Source of the DNA: Pseudorhodoplanes sp.
GTDB lineage: Bacteria; Pseudomonadota; Alphaproteobacteria; Rhizobiales; Xanthobacteraceae
DNA length: 45,992 nt
Assembly (NCBI GenBank): GCA_050246095.1
Contig: JBFWWQ010000001.1
Location: forward strand, 1 to 45,992
Direction of reading: 5' to 3'
Shown here: piece after piece, positions 36,341-45,358 of the stretch
Layout of the letters: every line of letters begins with the position of its first letter
How positions within the stretch are numbered: the first letter of the stretch is position 1
Translations under genes and position numbers: made by a program
The notes under the pieces: model-generated
Database searches by the model: none
What the model saw: the letters and a program-made list of their open reading frames with translations, nothing else
Told to the model about the DNA's origin: nothing

Positions 36341-36729
36341 CCGACGACCGCAAGACCGAAACCGAATCCCCGGGCGTAACCCCGAACGCGCAGCTGCAGG
36401 CCTCCGCCATCCCCGCCGACGAACTGGGCCGTCTCACCGACGACATCGTCGCCGCGCTGAAGACCGTCTACGACCCGGAAATTCCCGCCGACATCTACGA
36501 ACTCGGCCTGATCTACAAGGTCGACATCAAGGACGACCGCTCGGTCGACGTGGACATGACCCTGACCACGCCGAATTGTCCGGCCGCCGCCGAACTGCCG
36601 GTGATGGTGGAGAACGCGGTCGCCTCCGTCTCCGGCGTCGGGCCGGTGAAGGTACAGGTGATCTGGGACCCGCCCTGGGACCAGAGCCGCATGTCCGACG
36701 AGGCGCGGGTTGTGCTGAACATGTGGTGA
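36337..36729 (+). CDS. sufT: SufT / DUF59 Fe-S assembly protein
   Basis: VYDPEIP.DIYELGLIY, MTLTTPNCP, WDPPW....MS.EAR; ATGA overlap with sufS. Confidence 0.92.
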   Translation: MTDDRKTETESPGVTPNAQLQASAIPADELGRLTDDIVAALKTVYDPEIPADIYELGLIYKVDIKDDRSVDVDMTLTTPNCPAAAELPVMVENAVASVSGVGPVKVQVIWDPPWDQSRMSDEARVVLNMW

Positions 36730-36786
36730 GGCCCCTGGGGCAGGGCGGCGGAACCGTGCTAGGTTCCTTCCGTCCGGGAGGGTGTC

Positions 36787-37116
36787 ATGCTTCGCATCGC
36801 CGTGGTCATTGCGGTTTTGAGCCTGGGGCCGGGGGGAGGCGCCCTCGCACAGACCTGCGATACGCTCGGCGGCAGCGCCCCGGGTTGCGCAACCAAGAAA
36901 GGCGGCCCGGCGGCGGCGCCGGCCGGCACGCAAAACGCCCCGCGCGGCCGCAACGACATCCGCTTCATGCCCGACATGTCCGGGCTGGTGGGGCGCACGT
37001 CGGAAGAGGACGACCGGCCCAAGGCGAGCCTCGGCGGGCTGACCACCGACAGCGAGGGACGCCAATGCCTGCAGATCGGGCTGTCGATCACCTGCAGCAA
37101 GGGCCCCGCACGTTAG
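36787..37116 (+). CDS. Hypothetical exported protein with four cysteines
   Basis: GGGAGGG RBS, signal peptide ending ALA-Q, fills the sufT-sufA gap on the same strand. Confidence 0.65.
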   Translation: MLRIAVVIAVLSLGPGGGALAQTCDTLGGSAPGCATKKGGPAAAPAGTQNAPRGRNDIRFMPDMSGLVGRTSEEDDRPKASLGGLTTDSEGRQCLQIGLSITCSKGPAR

Positions 37117-37201
37117 CCATGCGGCCGGAATGACTGGATTTTGGGCGCGCAGCGACTAAGTTGGGAAACGGGGGCTGCGCGGCTCCATGCGGAGACTGAT
37201 T

Positions 37202-37576
37202 ATGGGAACTCGCCTGCCGGTCATGCGCCTCACCGATGCGGCCGCAACCCGGATCAAGGAATTGATGGCGAAGTCGCAACAGCCGATCGCCGGCCTGCGC
37301 GTCGGCGTGAAGAATGGCGGCTGCGCCGGCATGTCCTACACTATGGAATATGCGCGCGACGTGCAGGCGAGCGACGAAGTGATCGAGGACAAGGGCGTGC
37401 GCGTGCTGATCGATCCGAAGGCCGTGCTGTTCCTGCTCGGCACTGAAATGGACTTCAAGACCGATCGCCTGTCGTCGCAATTCGTCTTCAACAACCCGAA
37501 CCAGACGTCGGCCTGCGGCTGCGGCGAATCCGTACAGCTCACCCCGGTCAGCCCGGAACGCGCCGACGCGCATTAG
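37202..37576 (+). CDS. sufA: A-type Fe-S carrier (SufA/IscA, HesB family)
   Basis: LRVGVKNGGCAGMSY, FNNPN....CGCGES. Confidence 0.93.
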   Translation: MGTRLPVMRLTDAAATRIKELMAKSQQPIAGLRVGVKNGGCAGMSYTMEYARDVQASDEVIEDKGVRVLIDPKAVLFLLGTEMDFKTDRLSSQFVFNNPNQTSACGCGESVQLTPVSPERADAH

Positions 37577-37591
37577 CGCTTCGGCGCGCAC

Positions 37592-37995
37592 ATGGACGCC
37601 GACGCCATCGGCGAAATCTTCCGCGCCTTCGGCCCGGTCGCGGTGCGACGCATGTTCGGCGGCGCCGGCCTCTACGCGCAGGGCCGCATGTTTGCGCTGG
37701 TATCCGACGGCGTCGTCTACCTGAAGGCCGGCGCATCGAACGATCGAACGCCGCGGATTTCGAGCGTGAGGGACTGGAACCCTTCGCCTACACCGTGAAG
37801 GGCAAGCGGCGGGCGATCCCGTCCTACCGCCGCATGCCGGAGCGGCTCTACGACGAGTCGGAGGAACTGGCCGAATGGGCCAGGCGCGCGCTCGCCGCTG
37901 CAGACGATGGGGCGGTGCGGACGGCCCGAGGAAAGCGCGTCAGGCCACGCGCGGCTCGGCCGGCAGGCCCATCTCCGGGTCGGTCTCGCAGATGA
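37592..37995 (+). pseudogene. TfoX/Sxy N-terminal domain protein, frameshifted
   Basis: RRMFGGAGLY..G.MFAL....VYLK in frame 1; FEREGLEPF.Y...SY..MPE.LYD..EEL.EWARRA in the shifted frame; 8-bp duplication ATCGAACG at 37735-37750. Confidence 0.85.
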
Positions 37996-39004
37996 CGCGG
38001 TTGCGGCCGCAGCGCTTGGCGGCATAGAGGCAGGCATCGGCGCGCGCGATCAGCATCTGCGGCGTGTCGTCGGGCCGGGCGGTGGCGACGCCCACAGAAA
38101 TGGTCACGCGCCCGAGATGCTCACGGGTGGAGCGCTTCATCAGTTCCTTGGACATCACCGCGCGGCGGATATGGTCGCCCACGGTCACGCCCGAGCGCAA
38201 GGCGGTGTTGGGAAGGATCACCGCGAATTCCTCGCCGCCGTAGCGGGCGGCAATGTCCTGTCCCTTGACGTTGCGCTTGATCGACTGCGCCACCAGGCGC
38301 AGCACCTGGTCGCCGGTGAGATGGCCGAAATTGTCGTTGAAGGTCTTGAAGTGGTCGATGTCGGTCATCAGCAGCGACATCGGGCGTCCTTCCTGCGCCG
38401 ATTCCGCCAGCGCCTTGATCAGCGTCTGGTCGAAGAACTTGCGGTTGGCGAGAGTGGTGAGCGGGTCGGTCAGGCTTTCGTTGCGCACATGCTCCAGGTT
38501 TTCCTGGAGCTGGTTGATTTCCTGCTTGGAGGCGGACAGCCGCGCCTCCAGCTTGTGGTTGACCTCTTCCATGTCGCGCGCGGTATGCACGAGGCTTTCC
38601 ACGATCGCGCGCAGGCCGTCGCGGTCGGCGGCGCCGAGTTCGCGCGACACGCCGGCCAGGCTCTCGCTGTAGCTCGACGCCGAGCCGACGGCGGCATCCA
38701 CCATCGCCATGACCTGGTTGATCTCGTCCATCACCTGCGAACCGACCTTGTCGATGCGTTCGCTGAAGCGGGTCGGCGACAGGAAGGTCTCGTAGATCTG
38801 GTCGATATCGGCCTCGGTCAACGTCCCGTTGCGGGACAAGGTCTCGTTGACCGTCTCGTTCAGGCTCGGATTGTAGCCGGTGGCGTAGCCGTACCAGAGC
38901 TCATAGGCGCGCGGCGTGGCCGGCTGGCGCAGCGAGCGGATCTGACTCATGGCGATCTCGGCGAACGCCATGGTGCGCTCGTGTTCGTCGCCCGATCCCG
39001 TCAT
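37940..39004 (-). CDS. Diguanylate cyclase (GGDEF) with N-terminal coiled-coil region
   Basis: TDPLT.LANR, DIDHFK.FND.FGH..GD.VL, ARYGGEEF, TISVGVA, ADACLY.AK..GRNRV. Confidence 0.93.
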   Translation of the reverse strand: MTGSGDEHERTMAFAEIAMSQIRSLRQPATPRAYELWYGYATGYNPSLNETVNETLSRNGTLTEADIDQIYETFLSPTRFSERIDKVGSQVMDEINQVMAMVDAAVGSASSYSESLAGVSRELGAADRDGLRAIVESLVHTARDMEEVNHKLEARLSASKQEINQLQENLEHVRNESLTDPLTTLANRKFFDQTLIKALAESAQEGRPMSLLMTDIDHFKTFNDNFGHLTGDQVLRLVAQSIKRNVKGQDIAARYGGEEFAVILPNTALRSGVTVGDHIRRAVMSKELMKRSTREHLGRVTISVGVATARPDDTPQMLIARADACLYAAKRCGRNRVICETDPEMGLPAEPRVA

Positions 39005-39166
39005 GCAAGGGCCCCCGGCCGTGGCAGACCCATGTTCCGCCCGGGCGACTGGGCTCCGGAGGATATCCCGATGGGGCACGCCGACGTGAATTCACAACCT
39101 CGGAGCGCCATAAATGCAGATTCGGCAAGCGCGGCCAAGGCTCGCCGGAACCTTAAAACCAGTTGT

Positions 39167-40504
39167 TCAGGCCTTAAGCGGGACCGGCCGCAGCAGGAAG
39201 GCGGGCAGGTGCGATTCGGCCGGCTCGTGATCGGCATGGCGGGAAGCGGGCGAGCGCCGCTGCCGCGCCTCGTCGATGCGGGCGACGGAAGCGCCTGCCG
39301 GCTTCTTGTCGGGCCGCGACCGGCGCTGGGGCTGCGTTTCGCGCGCAGGGCGCGGCGCGGCCTCGCCGCGCGGCGGACGGGCGGGGGAATCGGCCCAGGG
39401 GATGGTCTGGCCGGTCAGCTTTTCGATCGCCGCGACCGATTTCTGGTCCGACGGCGCCACGATCGTGAACGCGGCCCCGGAACGTCCGGCGCGGCCGGTG
39501 CGGCCCACGCGATGCACGTAATCGTCGGGATGATGCGGAACGTCGAAATTGAACACGTGGCTGACATCCGGGATGTCCAGGCCGCGGGCGGCGACGTCGG
39601 AGGCGACGAGGATGGTGGCTTCGCCGCGGCGGAACTGGTCGAGCGCGGCCATGCGCGCCGGCTGGTCCATGTCGCCGTGCAGCGCGACGGCGTTGAAGCC
39701 GTGCTTGACCAGCGAGCGATGCAGGACCGCGACTTCGCGCTTGCGGTTGCAGAACACGATCGCGTTCTTCAGCCCTTCCGCCGAGCGGATCAGGCTGCGC
39801 AGGGTGTCGCGCTTGTCGTGCGGTTCGCGGCCGGTCTTGACCAGGGATTGGGCGACGGTCGCTGCGGTGGTGGCGGGTTTCGATACCTCGACGCGCATCG
39901 GATTGTGCAGGAAGGTATCGGCGATGCGCCGGATTTCCGACGGCATGGTGGCGGTGAAGAACAGGGTCTGCCGGGTGAACGGCACCAGCTTGCCGATGCG
40001 CTCGATGTCGGGGATGAATCCCATGTCGAGCATGCGGTCGGCTTCGTCGATCACCAGCAATTCGACGCCGGTCAGCAGCAGGCGTCCGCGCTCGAAATGA
40101 TCCAGCAGCCGGCCCGGCGTGGCGATCAGCACGTCGACGCCGCGCGTCAGCTTGGCGTCCTGGTCGTCGAAGGAAACGCCGCCGATCAGCAGCGCGACGT
40201 TGAGCTTGTGCTTGGCGCCGTATTTGGAAAAGCTTTCCTCGACCTGCGCCGCGAGTTCGCGCGTCGGTTCCAGGATCAGCGTGCGCGGCATGCGCGCCCG
40301 CGCGCGTCCCTGTTCCAGCATGGTCAGCATCGGCAGCACGAAGGCGGCGGTCTTACCGGTGCCGGTCTGTGCGATGCCGAGGACGTCGCGGCGGGCGAGG
40401 ACGTGCGGGATCGCCTGCTCCTGGATCGGGGTCGGCTGGGTGTAGCCCGCTCCCGCGACCGCAGCCTGTACTTTCTCGGACAGGCCTAATTGAGAAAAAG
40501 CCAT
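39167..40504 (-). CDS. DEAD-box ATP-dependent RNA helicase (RhlE-like)
   Basis: Q motif PTPIQ, AQTGTGKT, PTRELA, TPGRL, DEADRM, ARGLD, HRVGRTGR. Confidence 0.95.
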   Translation of the reverse strand: MAFSQLGLSEKVQAAVAGAGYTQPTPIQEQAIPHVLARRDVLGIAQTGTGKTAAFVLPMLTMLEQGRARARMPRTLILEPTRELAAQVEESFSKYGAKHKLNVALLIGGVSFDDQDAKLTRGVDVLIATPGRLLDHFERGRLLLTGVELLVIDEADRMLDMGFIPDIERIGKLVPFTRQTLFFTATMPSEIRRIADTFLHNPMRVEVSKPATTAATVAQSLVKTGREPHDKRDTLRSLIRSAEGLKNAIVFCNRKREVAVLHRSLVKHGFNAVALHGDMDQPARMAALDQFRRGEATILVASDVAARGLDIPDVSHVFNFDVPHHPDDYVHRVGRTGRAGRSGAAFTIVAPSDQKSVAAIEKLTGQTIPWADSPARPPRGEAAPRPARETQPQRRSRPDKKPAGASVARIDEARQRRSPASRHADHEPAESHLPAFLLRPVPLKA

Positions 40505-40709
40505 AAAACCTCTATGCGTGACCGCCCGGGCGATCCGCCGCGCCGGTTGATCAGACAACGAACTGTGCTGCGCGGAGAAAGCGGCCTCGAATCCTTGAGC
40601 GTCGGGCCGTTGCCGCGAAACATAGGGGCGAATGCGTGAAAGTCAATCCTGTTGCGGCGCAGCAAGCTAAATAAATCCCTTAACTTTTCGCGATTCGAGG
40701 GGCGGGAGC

Positions 40710-41411
40710 ATGACCGAGGGTTTGCCGATCGTACTGGTTCCGGGGCTGCTCTGCACGCCGCGCCTCTATGCCGAGCAGATGCCGCCTCTGTGGGCGCTGG
40801 GACCGGTGACGGTCGCCGACCACCGCCGCGACGACAGCATGGACGGCATCGTGCGGCGGCTATTGGCGCTGGCGCCGGAGCGGTTCACGCTCGTCGGGCT
40901 CTCGATGGGCGGCTATATCGCGCATGCGCTCATGCGTGCGGCCCCGGAGCGGGTGGTCAAGCTCGCGCTGCTCGATACCGGCGCGCGCGCGGACACTCCC
41001 GAGCAGACCGAACGGCGCAAGACGCAGATCGGATTGGCGCAAACCGGCCGCTTCGACGAAGTGCTGGAAGTGCTGCATCCGGCCTTCGTGCACAAGAACC
41101 GGCGCTCCGATGCCGCGCTGAAGAAGATCGTGCTCGACATGGCCGCCGTGACCGGGCCCGGCGCCTTCGTGCGCCAGCTCACCGCGATCATGACGCGGCC
41201 CGATGCCAGGCCGCACCTGCCGGGCTATCGCTGTCCGACCCTGATCCTGGTGGGGGACGGCGACGAACTGACGCCGCCGTCGCTCGCCGAGGAGATGGCC
41301 GGCCTCATTGCGGGGAGCCGCCTGCAGACGATCGCCGATTGCGGGCATCTCTCGACGCTCGAACAGCCGGACGCGGTGACGCGGGCGCTGGTCGATTTCA
41401 TCAAGGCGTGA
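40710..41411 (+). CDS. Alpha/beta fold hydrolase
   Basis: LVPGLLC, GLSMGG nucleophile elbow, GDGDELTP, CGHLS.LEQP. Confidence 0.88.
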   Translation: MTEGLPIVLVPGLLCTPRLYAEQMPPLWALGPVTVADHRRDDSMDGIVRRLLALAPERFTLVGLSMGGYIAHALMRAAPERVVKLALLDTGARADTPEQTERRKTQIGLAQTGRFDEVLEVLHPAFVHKNRRSDAALKKIVLDMAAVTGPGAFVRQLTAIMTRPDARPHLPGYRCPTLILVGDGDELTPPSLAEEMAGLIAGSRLQTIADCGHLSTLEQPDAVTRALVDFIKA

Positions 41412-41412
41412 G

Positions 41413-42795
41413 GTGAGCGTGCCGACGAAAACCGTTCTCGATCTCATCGGGGAGACGCCGCTGGTTGCGGTGACGCGCATCGATACCGGCCCGTGCCAGC
41501 TGTTCCTGAAACTGGAAAGCGCCAATCCGTCCGGCTCGATCAAGGACCGGCCGGCGCGGGCCATGATCGAGGCGGCCGAGCGCGACGGGCGGTTGCGGGC
41601 GGGCGGCACAATCGTCGAGGCCACCGCCGGCAATACCGGGCTCGGCCTTGCCTTTGTCGGCGCGCGCAAGGGCTACCGCACGATCCTCGTCGTGCCGGAC
41701 AAGATGTCGCGCGAGAAGGTGCTGCATGCGCGCGCGATGGGCGCGGAAGTCGTCCTCACGCGCTCGGATGTCGGCAAGGGCGATCCCGATTATTATCAGG
41801 ATCTCGCCGCCGCCATCACGCAGCGCACGCCGGGCGCGATCTACATCAACCAGTTCGAGAACCCGGCCAACCCGCTGGCGCACGAAAATTCCACTGCGCC
41901 GGAATTGCTGCGGCAGATGAACAACGACGTGGACGCAATCGTGGTCGGCGTCGGCTCCGGCGGCACGCTGACCGGGATCGGCCGCTTCATGCGGCGGGCC
42001 TCGCCGAAGACGGCAATGGTGCTCGCCGATCCGGCGGGCTCGGTGCTGGCGCCGCTGGTGAAGACCGGGCGGATGATCGAGGCGGGAAGCTGGACGGTGG
42101 AGGGGATCGGCGAGGATTTCGTGCCGCCGAATTGCGATCTGTCGTTGGTCGGCGACGCCTATACCGTGTCCGATCCGGACAGTTTCGCGGCCGCGCGCGA
42201 ATTGCTGCGCAAGGAGGGCATCTTCGCGGGCTCCTCGTCCGGCACCTTGCTGTCGGCGGCGTTGCGCTATTGCCGGGCGCAGAGCGAACCCAAGCGCGTC
42301 GTCAGCCTGGTCTGCGACAGCGGCGCGAAATATCTCTCCAAGGTGTTCAACGACGCCTTTCTCGCGCAGGAGGGGTGGATCGACCGCAAGCGCTCCGGCA
42401 CCGTGCGCGACCTCGTCATCAACCGCCATACCGAAGGCGGCGCCGTCGCGGTGCGGCCCTCGGACAATCTGCGCACGGTGTTTGCGCGCATGCGCACCGC
42501 CGACGTCTCGCAGCTTCCGGTGGTCGAGGGCGAGCGTATCGTCGGCCTGATCGACGAAAGCGATTTGCTCGCCGCCATGCTGCAGCCGGCGGACAGCGTG
42601 ACCGCCGCTTTCGCGCGCCCGGTCAAGGACGTGATGACCGCGCGCCTGGAGACGATTTCGGCGGATGCGCCGATCGTCGAGCTCGTCGCCCTGTTCAAGA
42701 AGGACTATGTCGCCATCGTCATGGATGGCGAGACTTTCCTCGGCCTCGTGACCCGCATCGATCTCGTCAATCACTTCAGGATTGCGTTGCAGTGA
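41413..42795 (+). CDS. Cystathionine beta-synthase (PLP domain + C-terminal CBS pair)
   Basis: NPSGSIKDR, EATAGNTG, GVGSGGT, EGIGEDF, DSG.KYLSK and tandem CBS domains (VSQLPV, VKDVM, GLVTRIDL). Confidence 0.88.
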   Translation: MSVPTKTVLDLIGETPLVAVTRIDTGPCQLFLKLESANPSGSIKDRPARAMIEAAERDGRLRAGGTIVEATAGNTGLGLAFVGARKGYRTILVVPDKMSREKVLHARAMGAEVVLTRSDVGKGDPDYYQDLAAAITQRTPGAIYINQFENPANPLAHENSTAPELLRQMNNDVDAIVVGVGSGGTLTGIGRFMRRASPKTAMVLADPAGSVLAPLVKTGRMIEAGSWTVEGIGEDFVPPNCDLSLVGDAYTVSDPDSFAAARELLRKEGIFAGSSSGTLLSAALRYCRAQSEPKRVVSLVCDSGAKYLSKVFNDAFLAQEGWIDRKRSGTVRDLVINRHTEGGAVAVRPSDNLRTVFARMRTADVSQLPVVEGERIVGLIDESDLLAAMLQPADSVTAAFARPVKDVMTARLETISADAPIVELVALFKKDYVAIVMDGETFLGLVTRIDLVNHFRIALQ

Positions 42796-43961
42796 CCAGA
42801 CCCAATCAGCCGGAATTCGCCACGCGCTGCGTGCATGCAGGCCAGTCGCCGGACCCCACGACCGGCGCGGTGATGATGCCGATCTACGCCACCTCTACCT
42901 ATGTGCAGCAAAGCCCGGGCGTGCATAAGGGCTACGAATATGCGCGCACGCAGAATCCGACGCGCATGGCCTTCGAGCGCTGCATCGCCGACCTCGAGGG
43001 CGGCAGCGCCGGCTTCGCCTTCGCTTCCGGCCTGTCGGCGATCGCGACCATTCTCGACAGCCTGGAGCATGGCGCGCATGTGGTTGCGGCGGACGACCTT
43101 TACGGCGGCACGCGGCGCCTGCTGGCGCGCGTGCGCAAGCGCTCCGCCGGCATCGAGACCACCTATGTCGATCTGACCGATGCCGGCGCGCTGGAAGCGG
43201 CGATCCGCCCCGACACCCGCCTGATCTGGATCGAGACGCCGACCAATCCGCTGCTCAAGCTGATCGACCTGCGGCGCGTCGCCGAGATCGGCCGCAAGCG
43301 CGGCATCCTGACCGTCGCCGACAACACCTTCGCCAGCCCCTATGTGCAGCGGCCGCTGGAATTCGGCTTTGATATGGTCATGCATTCGACCACCAAATAC
43401 CTGAACGGGCATTCCGACATGGTCGGCGGCTGCGTCGTGGTCGGCGAGAACGCGGAACTGCGCGAGCGGCTGGGCTTCCTGCAGAACGCCGTCGGCGCGG
43501 TGCAGGGGCCGTTCGATTCCTTCCTCGCCTTGCGCGGCCTGAAGACGCTGGCCTTGCGCATGGAGCGGCACTCCGCATCGGCGCTGCAGATCGCGGGCTG
43601 GCTGGAGCGCCATCCCAAGGTCAAGCGCGTGCTCTATCCCGGCTTGCCGAGCCATCCGCAGCATGCGCTGGCGCGCGCGCAGATGCGGGCCTTCGGCGGC
43701 ATGATCTCGGTCGAATTGCGCGCCGACCTGGCCGGCGCGAAGACGTTCCTGGAGCGCTGCGCATTGTTCGCGCTGGCCGAAAGCCTGGGCGGGGTCGAGA
43801 GCCTGATCGAGCATCCGGGCCTGATGACGCATGGCTCGGTGCCGGAGGAGGTCAGGGATGCGCTGGGCATCAATGACGGGCTGGTGCGGCTCTCCGTGGG
43901 AATCGAGGATCCCAGGGATCTGATCGCAGACCTCGAAGGCGCGCTCGCAGGCATCGCATAG
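42792..43961 (+). CDS. Cystathionine gamma-lyase/gamma-synthase (Cys/Met PLP enzyme)
   Basis: PIYATSTY, YARTQNPTR, IETPTNP, HSTTKYLNGHSD, LAESLGGVESL, RLSVGIE; GTGA overlap with CBS. Confidence 0.9.
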   Translation: MTRPNQPEFATRCVHAGQSPDPTTGAVMMPIYATSTYVQQSPGVHKGYEYARTQNPTRMAFERCIADLEGGSAGFAFASGLSAIATILDSLEHGAHVVAADDLYGGTRRLLARVRKRSAGIETTYVDLTDAGALEAAIRPDTRLIWIETPTNPLLKLIDLRRVAEIGRKRGILTVADNTFASPYVQRPLEFGFDMVMHSTTKYLNGHSDMVGGCVVVGENAELRERLGFLQNAVGAVQGPFDSFLALRGLKTLALRMERHSASALQIAGWLERHPKVKRVLYPGLPSHPQHALARAQMRAFGGMISVELRADLAGAKTFLERCALFALAESLGGVESLIEHPGLMTHGSVPEEVRDALGINDGLVRLSVGIEDPRDLIADLEGALAGIA

Positions 43962-44077
43962 CGGCGCCGGACAATCGCACAGAACGGAAATGTGCTACTC
44001 AATCCCTCCGGCATCGCTTTTTCCTGCTTCAAGGCTTGGCTAGCCTTCCGTAAAAGAAGGGAAAGCAGGGAGAATAC

Positions 44078-45244
44078 ATGCGCACCCAGGTCGGCATTGT
44101 CGGCGCGGGCCCCGCGGGCCTGATGCTCTCGCATCTCCTGCATCTGGCAGGGATCGAATCCATCGTGATCGAGAACCGCAGCCGCGCCTATTGCGAGGCG
44201 CGCGTGCGGGCGGGCCTGATGGAGCACTGGGTTTCCGAATTGCTGAAGGAAACCGGCGTCGGCGGCCGGATGCAGCGCGAAGGCATGATCCATGACGGGA
44301 TCAATGTCGCCTTCGGCGGCAGCCTGCACCCGATCGATTTCAAGAAGCTCATCAACAAGCACGTCATGGTCTACGACCAGAAGGAAGTGGTCACCGACCT
44401 GATCGCACGTCGCTTGACGGATGCCGGGGAAATCTATTTCGCAGTCGAGGACACGAGCGTCCATGACTTTGCGACCGATCATCCAACCATCCGGTTCCGG
44501 CATGGCGGGCAGGACAAGCAGATCGAGTGCGATTTCATCGCCGGCTGCGACGGCTTCCACGGCGTCTGCCGGCCGAGTTTTCCGGCGGGAACGCTGATCG
44601 GCTATGACCGAGTCTATCCTTTCGGCTGGCTCGGCATCCTCTCGGAATCGCCGCCGCCGGAGAGGGAGCTGATCTACGCCTTCCATCCGAACGGCTTTGC
44701 GCTCTATTCGATGCGCGGACCGAATTTGTCGCGTCTCTACATCCAGTGTGCGCCCGACGAGAATATCGACAAGTGGTCGGATGCGCGCATCTGGGAGCAA
44801 CTGCATCTGCGGCTCGGCGGCACGCGCAAGCTCGCTGAGGGCAAGATCCTGCAGAAGGGCGTCACGCCGATGCGCAGCTATGTCGCCGAGCCGATGCGCT
44901 CCGGCCGGCTGCTGCTCGCCGGCGATGCCGCGCATATCGTGCCGCCCACCGGCGCCAAGGGCATGAATCTGGCGATGGCGGATGTGCGTGTCATGGCGCG
45001 CGCGCTGGAGGCGTTCTACGGAAAGCGCCGCAGCGACCTGATCGAATCCTATTCGGACACGTGTCTGCGGCGGGTGTGGAAAGGGCAGCGCTTCTCGTGG
45101 TGGATGACGCAGATGCTGCACCGTTACAATTTCGAGGACGATTTCGACCTGCGCCGCCAGATCGCGGAACTCGACTACGTTACCGGTTCCGTCGCCGCCT
45201 CCACCTCGCTGGCGGAGAACTATACCGGGCTGCCCATGCAATAG
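44078..45244 (+). CDS. pobA: 4-hydroxybenzoate 3-monooxygenase
   Basis: GAGPAGL, RAGL.E, GCDGFHG, YPFGWLGIL, ELIY, GDAAHIVPPTGAKG.NLA, AENY.GLP. Confidence 0.9.
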   Translation: MRTQVGIVGAGPAGLMLSHLLHLAGIESIVIENRSRAYCEARVRAGLMEHWVSELLKETGVGGRMQREGMIHDGINVAFGGSLHPIDFKKLINKHVMVYDQKEVVTDLIARRLTDAGEIYFAVEDTSVHDFATDHPTIRFRHGGQDKQIECDFIAGCDGFHGVCRPSFPAGTLIGYDRVYPFGWLGILSESPPPERELIYAFHPNGFALYSMRGPNLSRLYIQCAPDENIDKWSDARIWEQLHLRLGGTRKLAEGKILQKGVTPMRSYVAEPMRSGRLLLAGDAAHIVPPTGAKGMNLAMADVRVMARALEAFYGKRRSDLIESYSDTCLRRVWKGQRFSWWMTQMLHRYNFEDDFDLRRQIAELDYVTGSVAASTSLAENYTGLPMQ

Positions 45245-45358
45245 GGCGGGGGCGCGCGGCGGTTCCACGAATTCGTCTTCCGAAACGCAACCAAGCGGCT
45301 ATGCTCGCCATGTTGCTAGGGCGGCACGACCGCCCGCCACGATCCACGGGAGGACACC

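Noticed and set aside
41493-42791. Apparent 822-aa cystathionine lyase with long N-terminus
   Set aside because: Alternate-frame run-through of the CBS gene; the real start is the GTG at 42792
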